Shown here piece by piece: positions 1-9,555 of a stretch of 20,726 nt of DNA. Position 1 is the first letter of the stretch. The number at the start of each line of letters is the position of its first letter. Origin of the DNA: Octopus sinensis (lineage: Eukaryota); NCBI RefSeq assembly GCF_006345805.1, contig NW_021823906.1, forward strand, positions 1-20,726, read 5' to 3'. The position numbers and the translations under genes were made by a program. The notes under the pieces are model-generated. The model was not told the origin of the DNA and did not search any database. It saw only the letters and a list, made by a program, of their open reading frames with translations.

Positions 1-469
1 AAAGAAGTGTCAATGGAAAAGAGAAGGAAAAAAAGAAAGAAGAGAGAAAGAAGAAAAAATGTGGGCAGTTCGTTCAATAGAAAGTGATTATTGGCCTTTA
101 AAAATGGCAGAACCAGGTGGATACTCCAAGGGGGGTTTCGTGTTTTGATAAAAGTTATTTTTCAAAAAATTGCCTGGATTTCTTTTTATCATTGTCCAGT
201 GAGAGAGAGGGTGTGTTTCCTTCTCTTTTCCATTGACACTCTTTTCAGATACAAAGGTACACACACACACACACGCGCGCACACACGCACTCTATCTCCC
301 TTTCTCCCCATTTCATTTCTCACCCTCTTTTACTATCCTATATCTCGGCACCCCTACACACTCAATAATACTATAAAAAGAGACGAATCTCATAAAAAAA
401 TTCAAATCGGAAGAATCCGCCAGAGTGGATGCAAGCGCAAATATATGATTTATAAAAACATGTGACATA

Positions 470-1125
<656 letters not shown>

Positions 1126-2077
1126 CTGTACTCGCTATTGCTTCCCTGTAGAATACTGTTCATCTACACCCTGCCTTCTCTTGTAGAGTGAGAACATTGT
1201 TCTCGGAAACTTTTACGAAAATTAAAATTGGGATTAAATGAAAAAATGAGTTCCGTGAATATCCTCACAAGAGTAATTGAAATAAATGGCGATTGTAGAA
1301 TACCCCACGTATACACACATACATTATCGAATATCAGATGAAATGGGCGTCTGTCAGAGAGAAGGGGTGTGTTGTTATGTATACGTACATGCGTAAATAA
1401 ATATGCATACATCTTTGTGCGTGTGTTTGTGTATGAGAGAGAGAGAGAGAGAATGTGTCTGAATGCCACTAAGACATCACTCTCTCGCTCTCTGTCACAC
1501 ACACACATGCACATATACATATAAAAAAGATGTATGCTCATGTATTTATGTATGGATGTATATATGACAACACAGTCTTACAGTCTCTTTCTCTCACAAA
1601 CACACATACATAAATGTATACAAAGGTACTTATGACAACACACGTGTGCGTGTGTGACTGCCTTGTGTGTGTGCGAGAGAGTGGGGTTGAGAGAGAAGAT
1701 TGCGAACAATGACTGAAACAAACAGCAAATGAAAAAGTCATATAAATAAAAGCTCTTGTACGGAATGTTTAAATTTGTGAACTTAGTAAATATTTCTTTC
1801 AGTAATTTATTGTAGTTGTTTGCAAATACTGAATTAAAACTTGAAATGAAATCGTCAAAATAGAGAGTGAAGCTTTTTGCCGTTGCTACGTCAATACTGG
1901 AAGTTGACATTGAGACGCCATTTTAAAGACGTGAATCATATACATAAATCAATATTATTTATTTTTAATTAAAAAAATATCAAATGAAGAGCCTAAAATT
2001 TGTCCGAGATTTTGGCCAGTTGTATAGTGACTGTACTCTGTCTAATTGATTTCCAAACGTTATCAAGCTGCCGTCCT

Positions 2078-2312
2078 AGAAGGCGGCGAGCTGGCTGAAA
2101 CGTTACCACGCCGGGCGAAATGCGTAGCCGTATTTCATCTGCCGTTACGTTCTGAGTTCAAATTCCGCCGAGGTCGACTTTGCCTTTCATCCTTTCGGGG
2201 TCGATAAATTAAGTACCAGTTACGCACTGGGGTCGATGTAATCGACTTAATCCGTTTGTCTGTCCTTGTTTATCCCCTCTGTGTTTAGCCCCTTGTGGGT
2301 AGTAAAGAAATA
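2078..2312 (+). mobile_element. tRNA-derived SINE, family A, young full-length copy with 19-bp TSD
   Basis: A-box-like TGGCTGAAACG (~2092) and B-box GAGTTCAAATTCC (2154-2166). Body GCCTTTCATCCTTTCGGGGTCGATAAA is shared with many copies in the window. GTTATCAAGCTGCCGTCCT occurs at both 2059-2077 and 2313-2331. Confidence 0.92.
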
Positions 2313-2529
2313 GTTATCAAGCTGCCGTCCTCTTCGTACTCAGGCCGCATTCCTAGCGCCCCACCCCTGTACTCACCACTTTCTGCAGTAAATTCAAACA
2401 ACTGTTGTTCACAATTAAAACACCCTAATCAACCTACTATTTTGTTATTTTTACATCCATCGCCCCCTTTTGGTTACCCCATTATCTCTTTCATTTTTCT
2501 TCAGTGCTCTCATGGATCTTTCCATCGCT

Positions 2530-2567
2530 CCCAGAGGGACAGTATTGCCCACTTTGGGAACCACTAG
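2530..2567 (-). mobile_element. Possible isolated hAT/Charlie-type terminal inverted repeat remnant
   Basis: Reverse complement reads TAGTGGTTCCCAAAGTGGGCAATACTGTCCC, resembling CAGTGGTTCCCAA termini of Charlie-like MITEs. I found no partner end. Confidence 0.3.
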
Positions 2568-3238
2568 TCTAATTTAATCTGTCTTACAGCTTGATCTTCC
2601 ACATCTTGAATTAGATTGAGAATCTGGTGAGTTACAGTGCCATTTCAAAATGTAACATCCTTTCAACAGCAGCTCAACGATAGTTACAAAAACTAGTTTA
2701 TAAGAAACCCACAGTACGTGAGTACGTCCGTGTGGGTCTGCGCGTGCGCGTGTGTGTTTGTAAAGTGCGACACTTCAAAGAACAGTCTCCGACGGCCAGC
2801 TGAAATCAATATATTTCCTGTTAAAGAATTCTTTCAACTTTCAACTAATTTAATTATGCTTTCTAGTTCAATAATTTGACAGTTTCATTATATCATCACT
2901 AAAACATTTCCACAAATCCCACTCTGCGATTTGGTCACTACCTCGGTGACTGAACCAAATTGAACGTATAAAGGATCGTATACCCGGGTACAGTTTCCAC
3001 TCAATACTTTTGGCAGTTAATCCCTCGAATTCTTTAATATTGTTGACGCCATGAAATTCAGAATGTCTGTCTTTTAACCACTTGTATGTCTCGCTTTTAT
3101 AAAAAGCTCCAATAGTCCACGATCATATATCTAACTAATGATTAGATATACTATATTTAATCATATACAACTCCTAAGTGATAAAGATTATATATAAATT
3201 ATACACAACTTCCAAACGTATGGTTATTTTATAAAATT

Positions 3239-3407
3239 GGTTTGAAATTTTGAAACAAGTCCAGAATTTTTTAGGGAGGCGCGAAGTCGATTACAGCAGT
3301 CCCAGCGCTCTACTAGTATTTATTCTATCAAACTCAAAAGGTAAAGCCGATGTCAGTAGAATTTGAACTCAGTACTTAAAGACGGAAGAAATACTGCTAA
3401 CGATTCT
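3239..3407 (-). mobile_element. Old, diverged family A SINE lacking its head
   Basis: Contains GAATTTGAACTCAG (reverse B box), GTCGATTAC, GCTAACGATTCT and a TTTGAAATTTTG..ACAAG.CCAG tail like other copies. Confidence 0.7.
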
Positions 3408-3409
3408 TG

Positions 3410-3639
3410 TTTCTTTATTGCCCATAAGGGGCTAAACATAGAGGGGACAAACAAGGACAGACAAAGGGATTAAGTCGATTACATCGACCCCAGTGTGTAA
3501 CTGGTACTTAATTTATCGACCCCGAAAGGATGAAAGGCAAAGTTGACCACGGCGGAATTTGAACTCAGAACGTAGCGGCAGACGAAATACGGCTACGCAT
3601 TTCGCCCGGTGTGCTAACGTTTCTGCCAGCTCGCCGCCT
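3410..3639 (-). mobile_element. tRNA-derived SINE, family A, young full-length copy
   Basis: Reverse complement aligns end to end with 2081-2310, with about 14 substitutions in ~228 nt by manual count. Confidence 0.93.
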
Positions 3640-3678
3640 TTTATTTTTAGAATAAAATATCAAATCAAATAATAAACA

Positions 3679-3830
3679 GGCACAAGCATGGGTGCGTGGT
3701 TAAGAAGCTCGCTTTGCAACCATATGATTTCAGGTTCTATATTGTGGGCTCAGTATATTCTACTATAGCCGCAGATTGATCAAAGCCTTGTGAGTGAATT
3801 TGATCGACAGAAACTGTGAGGATGCATGTC

Positions 3831-3835
<5 letters not shown>
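3679..3835 (+). mobile_element. Family B SINE, diverged 5' half, ending in (TA)n
   Basis: Shares CAAAGCCTTGTGAGTG.ATTT, GAC.GAAACTG and TGTCGTATATA with the reverse complement of 4330-4492, and has a decayed tRNA-like head. Confidence 0.7.

Positions 3836-3872
<37 letters not shown>
3832..3872. repeat. (TA)n microsatellite
   Basis: Direct reading. Confidence 0.95.
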
Positions 3873-3877
<5 letters not shown>

Positions 3878-4064
3878 CATATAAATGTATGTATACATAC
3901 ATGCATATTCATATATTTGGAAGTTCAATGTTATGACCGGTCATAGAGTGACCACTAGTTTCGCACCTATAAAGCAGTTAGCATTATATCCGACTTTCAG
4001 AATTAAATGGCCGAGGGCGCATAACCTCTCTACAACTAGAGGAAGAAACATGTCACGATATATT

Positions 4065-4492
4065 CTCTCTTTTACTCTTTTTTTTACTTGCTTCAGTCAT
4101 TTGACTGCAACCATGCTGGAGCACCGCCTTTAGTCGAGCAAATCGACCGCAGGACGTATTCTTTGTAAGCCTTGTACTTATTCTATCGTTCTCTTTTTGC
4201 CGAACCGCTAAGTTACAGGGACGTAAACACACTACCATCAGTAGTCAAGCGATGTTGGAGGGACAAACACAGACAATCAAACATATACACACACATACAC
4301 ATTTATATATCATACACATATATATACATATATACGACAGGCTTCTTTCAGTTTCCGTCTAGAAATCCACTCACAAGGCTTTGGTCGGCCCGAGGCTATA
4401 GCAGCAGACACTTTCGCAATGTGCCACGCAGTGGGACTGAACCCGGAACCATGTGGTTCGTAAGCAAGCTACTTACCATACAGCCACTCCTG
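4065..4492 (-). mobile_element. Family B tRNA-derived SINE with CORE-like segment, near full length
   Basis: Reverse complement starts CAGGAGTGGCTGTATGGTAAG (A box) and GGGTTCAGTCCC (B box). GTGGCACATTGCGAAAGTGTC resembles the CORE motif GTGACCTTGGGCAAGTC. There is an internal (TG/TA) tract and a 3' end CAAATGACTGAAGCAAGT followed by AAAAGAG-like repeats. Confidence 0.85.
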
Positions 4493-4829
4493 ATATTTGA
4501 TATATATATATGTATATATAAATATATAAAGAGAATAAATGAAGTTAAAAACGTACTTGCATATATGAGGATTCCCTTGCATTTTGATATATGTGTGTGT
4601 TTGTGTGAGTTTGTGTGTGTGTGCGTGTGTGTATGTGTGTGTATCTATGTATACACTAATTAACCAGTTTCACATTTGAATTTGAAAAGTGTATACATGT
4701 TGACCTATATCGCAAACTGCATCTTTTCTGGTCGTTGTTCTAAAAATAATTAGTTTTGACAGAGAAAATGCGGCTGAGATTGCTATTAGTAAGCGTAAAG
4801 ATTGATTAGTTGATGGTTACTTGATGAGA

Positions 4830-5885
4830 TAACGGAATTTTCTGCTTTCTGTCGGTACTCATACCAAACTTAGGCCTTCTTCATTGGACGCTTGATGAGA
4901 TCCAAGCTATCGATGTGAAAACTCGAAAAATACTGGCAAGCACACGAAATTTCTACATAAACAGTGACGTAGACCACCTCTACCTAAAACGAAAACAAGG
5001 CGGCAGAGGCTTAAGATCGATCTAAAATGCCTTTAAATGTCGTACCATATCCCTTCGGCAACATCTTTTAACCATCGTGTCTCGAAGTGACCAGATTCGC
5101 ATACATGAGGCTGATGACAACAGAACTTGAAAAGTAGCTCCTTGAGCAACATTCCTTGTTTGACAACCTAAAATATATGCCCAAAGATGAGCAGTCTATC
5201 ATGGACCAATAGCCGGATTACTACCTCCCACTTTGAATGGTGTGCGTTTGCAATATAAGAACAGGAAATATCAACCAAATACCTGATGCACAAAAGGGAT
5301 AGAGATGCAGGAAAAGCAGTAAAATGTGACAACCGATGCAGAGTTTGTAAAGTTAACACCGAAAATATCCCCTACATCATAAGCAGTTGCCCAAAAATAT
5401 CATCACGGTATTATCAACCGATGAGACATGACGTTGTAGCTAGGACACTCCGTCGGAAGGATAACCCCCAAGGACAAAGAAATAAGAACCCACAATATGA
5501 TAGAAGCCATAGCCACTCATAATAAAAAGGACTACTGGTGGAATGTCCCAATGAAGACCTCAATAAAATGTAAGCACAACAGACCTAATATAATGATTTG
5601 GCTTGAGAAGAGAAATTGTGCACAGTTGTGGAAATTAGCTGCCCAGCGGATGTTAACATAAAGCTGAAGATCAGTGGAAAAGAGAACACCTATGCTGAAC
5701 TATTGAGAAATCTACAGTTTATCTATCCAGATTACAAGTTCAGGTAATTATTGGGGCCCTGGGATATGTAACACATTGCCTAAATACTAATCTAGAAAAA
5801 TTAGGCTTCTCGAAAACAGGAAGGAGAAACCAAATTCGAAGATTACACTGGAACTGTAAAAATCTGTAAAACTTTCCGAAAGGTG
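4830..5885 (+). mobile_element. R4-clade-like RLE non-LTR retrotransposon, 3' half (RT thumb, CCHC knuckle, RLE), pseudogenised
   Basis: IPNLGLLHWTLDEIQAIDVKTRKILASTRNFYINSDVDHLYLKRKQGGRGL from 4861; CRVC..ENIPYIISSCPK..RYY..RHD (5337-5432); WWNVP..KHNRPNI (catalytic PD changed to PN); VVEISCP..KENTY..IIGALG; ends near GTVKICKTF. Stops and frameshifts are present. Confidence 0.88.
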
Positions 5886-6157
5886 GGGTGAGGGATAAGT
5901 GAAAAGAAACATGCTGATATTTGTGTAATATTCTTTATTCAACTTCATATTCTTTATTCAACGGGGTCACGTTTACAACAATGAATGGCAGGACGAGGTA
6001 GCGGCAAATTGGTTTGGGCTTGTTTTTAGCCGCCATATTTACGTCATCTCTTCTGGGTTTTTTCTAAGCAACATCTACTATAAATCAAGTTATCTATTGG
6101 TGACAGAGGCGCGTCACCTTAACATCGCTGGCAGTGTGCCAAAATTTGAAACTATTT

Positions 6158-6278
6158 TTCTTCTTCTTCTTCTTCTTCTTCTTCTTCTTCTTCTTCTTCT
6201 TCTTCTTCTTCTTCTTCTTCTTCTTCTTCTTCTTCTTCTTCTTCTTCTTCTTCTTCTTCAACAACAATAACAACAGCA

Positions 6279-6322
<44 letters not shown>
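6158..6322. repeat. Compound microsatellite (TTC)34-(AAC)n-(TAC)n
   Basis: Pure TTC at 6158-6259, followed by AAC-type and TAC-type runs. Confidence 0.98.
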
Positions 6323-6326
<4 letters not shown>

Positions 6327-6783
6327 TATATTCACTGGTTAACAAAATGTGGGACGCTAGCAGTAATTGCTGAGTCAACACTAATTAAAGCTGCTATATT
6401 AAACGTAATTAAGAAGGGCTGTCACCACCTGTCCGCCTCTATCAAGTGTTTAACGTAACCCCTATCAAAACATAGTAAATGTGAAACCCACCTCCTTTAC
6501 GCAACACCAATTAAAAGCCTATTATAAACACTATCAAAATATACTAATTAGAATATCTGTTTCTTTGTACCTTTATTAAACAGTTTGTTGTTATTCTTTT
6601 GCTATAACGAGAATAGGATTTGCCCAATCATTTTATTATTGCACTGACTGATACTTAAAGATCGGTGACCAATTAAAACAGAAATTTACTAAGCTGAGTT
6701 AAAATATGTTTTTAGTTCAACAACACCGTGATGTCTGAGAGTCTTCTTACACCTGTAAATCGTTTGTTATGAATACACGTCAT

Positions 6784-6995
6784 GAAGGCGCGTGGCGAAG
6801 TGGTTAGGGCGTTTGTTTTGATACCATAAAGTCGTGAGTTTGATACCCGAAGGCGCGTTGTTTCCTTGAGCAAGGCGTTTGATTTTTCGTTGCCTCAGTC
6901 CACTCAGCTGGCAAAAATGAGTTGTACAATTTCACGAGCAGGCTGTTCCGTTGTTCGGATCAACTGGAACACTTGAGGTGGCTTTGACTAACGGG
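6784..6995 (+). mobile_element. Family C tRNA-derived SINE with CORE-like segment, probably internally deleted
   Basis: Consensus A box TGGCGAAGTGG (6793-6803) and decayed B box AGTTTGATACC (6837-6847), followed by TTTCCTTGAGCAAGGC..CAGTCCACTCAGCTGGCAAAAATGAG. The deletion near 6926 is inferred from recalled family sequence. Confidence 0.75.
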
Positions 6996-7559
6996 GCACA
7001 CAATAAGGTGGAAAAACAGCGGTATCTCAAATCCCCCTTACACCAGTGAGTTGCATGTTATGAACACATGCCGTTTAAAGGAGGAATGGTTCTCCGATGA
7101 CGGAAAATAACAACTCTCAGATATACGCGTTCGAATCTACCAGATAGTAGGGAGAATGAATAGGTACGTTACTATTTGGATTATCGCTGTTCTGCATACA
7201 TCTCATAAATTATCATTTTTTTTGTTTCTTTAATGGAAGCAAGCAGGAGCAACCAGCAGGAGGGGGATCGCGCACAGGCATACCCGGCAACTGTAGACAT
7301 ACCCGGCGACTTGAGTAGCACTGTTCTAATCTGTTGTCTTCTTTTGTTACTTCTTTGCTAAATACAATGCCACATTCTGTTTGATTTCAGTAAAACCGAC
7401 GCCCTTTCTCTATTAATGATGATGATAATTGTCTCCACCAATTCCTGCGTAATTAATTTACTATCTTTTACCTGAAATCTTCACTTCCGGGAAAGATCTA
7501 GTCTGTTTCTTGTACATGAGACCTTGTTCATTAACCTTGTCTAAGTTACCTGTATACAT

Positions 7560-7850
7560 CTCGAATTTATGATCTGTATAGCATACTACCCAAAAAGTGT
7601 GCTCCGTCTATATACGGTGTGGACGATCCGTTGTGGTTTGGTCAGATTCACACTGCTTGTCAAAATGTTCGCAATCCTATTGCATGTTTTTGAAACTTTT
7701 GCACTTGCGTCTCCTGCTGTGTACTTCATCACAACCCCTGCGTGCGTTTATGATGCCACTGCAGTTGCCCACTAACATTAACGAGTTAGATGCTTCTAGG
7801 AAAGCCTATAAATATTTGAAGAAAACCGTCCTCTCGAGGTATAAGCGATA
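7560..7850 (+). mobile_element. Possible very degenerate Ty3/Gypsy gag N-terminal relic
   Basis: PSIYGVDDPLWFGQI resembles PFWPxDPxLWFAQxE, and in another frame KAYKYLKKTVLSR resembles PYxxLKxALIxR. The resemblance is weak and by eye only. Confidence 0.25.
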
Positions 7851-8142
7851 ACCTATATAAAAACTCTACAGCTATTAATATCGCTGTTCACGACTAGAAC
7901 CAGCGACCTACAACCCGAATTTTGGAAGATCGAGATTACTCCTAAATCCATTCCCTTCCAAATCAATACTTATATACCACATGATCCGGATCAGCATGAA
8001 GGAAACGGGGCCAGTGTGTTTTTGAAATTTTCATATGTGTTTTAGGGTGATTTGAAATTTGATAAATGTGAACAAGTTCCCCCCCCCCCATCTCACGCAT
8101 TAGTCCGGCTGTATTTCATGCTCGTAATATTCGTGTCATTGT

Positions 8143-8352
8143 AAGGCGGCAGGCTGGCAGAATCGTTAGCACACCCGACAAAATGCTTAGGGGCATTTCA
8201 GCCATCTTTACGTTCTGAGTTCAAATACCATCAAGGTCGACTTTGCTTTTTATCCTTTCGGGGTCAATAAAATAAGCAGTAGTTGAGCACTGGAGTCAAT
8301 ATAATCGACTTACCCCTTCTCTCGAAATTTCTTGCCCTGTGCCAAAATTTAA
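8143..8352 (+). mobile_element. Family A SINE, moderately diverged
   Basis: AAGGCGGCAGGCTGGCAGAATCGTTAG head, GAGTTCAAATACC B box, CCTTTCGGGGTC body and GTGCCAAAATTT tail. Confidence 0.88.
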
Positions 8353-8380
8353 ATGTAAGTCTTTCTTAAGCACTACTCTA

Positions 8381-8529
8381 CCAGCTGTTTCCTTGGTTGC
8401 TCCTTATTTTATTGATCCCGAAAGAATGAAAGGCAAAGTCAACCTCGGCATATTTTGAATTCAAAACGTAAGGACGGACGAAACGCCGCTAAGCTTTTTG
8501 CTCGGCGCGCTAACGATTCAGCCAGCTTG
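8381..8529 (-). mobile_element. Family A SINE, diverged, inverted relative to 8143-8352
   Basis: GATCCCGAAAGAATGAAAGGCAAAGTCAACCTCGGC..TTTGAATTCAAAACGTAA..GCTAACGATTCAGCCAGC. Confidence 0.82.
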
Positions 8530-8599
8530 ACATCTTTAACAATATATCAAATAATAACACCAATCCTTTCGAAGGGGAGGGGCACCAAACCATAAATTA

Positions 8600-8770
8600 A
8601 TGGGATAGTGTGGGAGTAAACAATCGATGAAAACAACCCTAGTGATTGACTGTTTCATTAGTTTATCGACCCTTAGAAGGAGGAAAGGGTGAATGTTGAT
8701 TTCGACGGGATTTGAAAACCAAAGTGTGAAGAGTGGACTGTATTACCGCAAGGCAATTTGTTTGACAAAC
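8600..8770 (-). mobile_element. Heavily decayed family A-like SINE
   Basis: TTTATCGACCCTTAGAAGGAGGAAAGG..GGATTTGAAAACCAAAG resemble the reverse-strand body and B box. Confidence 0.5.
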
Positions 8771-8826
8771 TATATAGTACAAAAAAAGCAACAACAGCAA
8801 CAGTAACAATATAACAAGAATAATAA

Positions 8827-8852
8827 ATGATGATAATGACGATGATGACGAC

Positions 8853-8902
<50 letters not shown>

Positions 8903-8916
8903 CGATGATGATGATG

Positions 8917-8995
<79 letters not shown>

Positions 8996-9010
8996 CGACG
9001 ACGACGACAA
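8827..9010. repeat. (GAT)n microsatellite with GAC/GAG variants
   Basis: Direct reading. It is the source of the poly-M, poly-S, poly-H and poly-I ORFs in the track. Confidence 0.98.
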
Positions 9011-9204
9011 CGATGCACTTGTTGATGAAGAACTTCAAGATTGAGATATTCGGCTAGAATTTCAGAATCTTCAAAGGAAAGTACCGACCTGACATTTCTA
9101 TAGAATAAAAATTGGGCAAATAAACATCGGAGAGAAGAATGGCAAAGTTGCTCTCTGTCTCTCTGCCCCCCCCCTCTTTCTCACTCCTTCCCTCTTCCTT
9201 TCTA

Positions 9205-9287
9205 TATAGGTATGTACATGTGTGGTACATGCGTGTGTATGTGTGTATGCATGTGTTTATGTATATATATATATATATATGTATGCG

Positions 9288-9327
<40 letters not shown>

Positions 9328-9555
9328 GATATTTACATACGTCTACATTTGTGTGTGTGTATATACGCACATATAGATATATGTGCTTGCGTGAGTGTGT
9401 ATATATGTGTGTGTGCGTGTGTGCGTATACATATACAATATATGTGTATGTATACACACACACACATATACACATAGATGCATATATCTTTCTCTTTATA
9501 TGTGCATGTATGTGCGTATTTGTGCGAATGTGTGTGTGTGTCTCTGTGTGTATGT
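9205..9555. repeat. Mixed (TA)/(TG)/(CA) dinucleotide low-complexity tract
   Basis: Direct reading. Confidence 0.92.

Noticed and set aside
1578-1910. 110-aa minus-strand ORF MSTSSIDVATAK..
   Set aside because: No recognisable motif, it runs into CA/GA repeats, and it is probably part of a non-coding repeat.
2295-2567. 90-aa ORF MGSKEIVIKLPSSS..
   Set aside because: It starts at a GTG inside the SINE tail, reads through the TSD and has no recognisable domain.
2590-2626. Exon-like cassette with TCTTACAG acceptor and GTGAGT donor
   Set aside because: All three frames contain stops, also when using the 2504 acceptor. It could only be non-coding and has no other support.
4172-4663. 163-aa ORF
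   Set aside because: It is the antisense reading of a family B SINE plus dinucleotide repeats.
6784-6850. tRNA gene candidate with a perfect A box
   Set aside because: The B box is decayed, no cloverleaf forms, and it continues into SINE body sequence.
8778-9043. Open poly-Asp frame ending DALVDEELQD*, reminiscent of acidic biomineral proteins
   Set aside because: There is no start codon or good splice acceptor, and it is almost all one GAT codon, as expected for a microsatellite.
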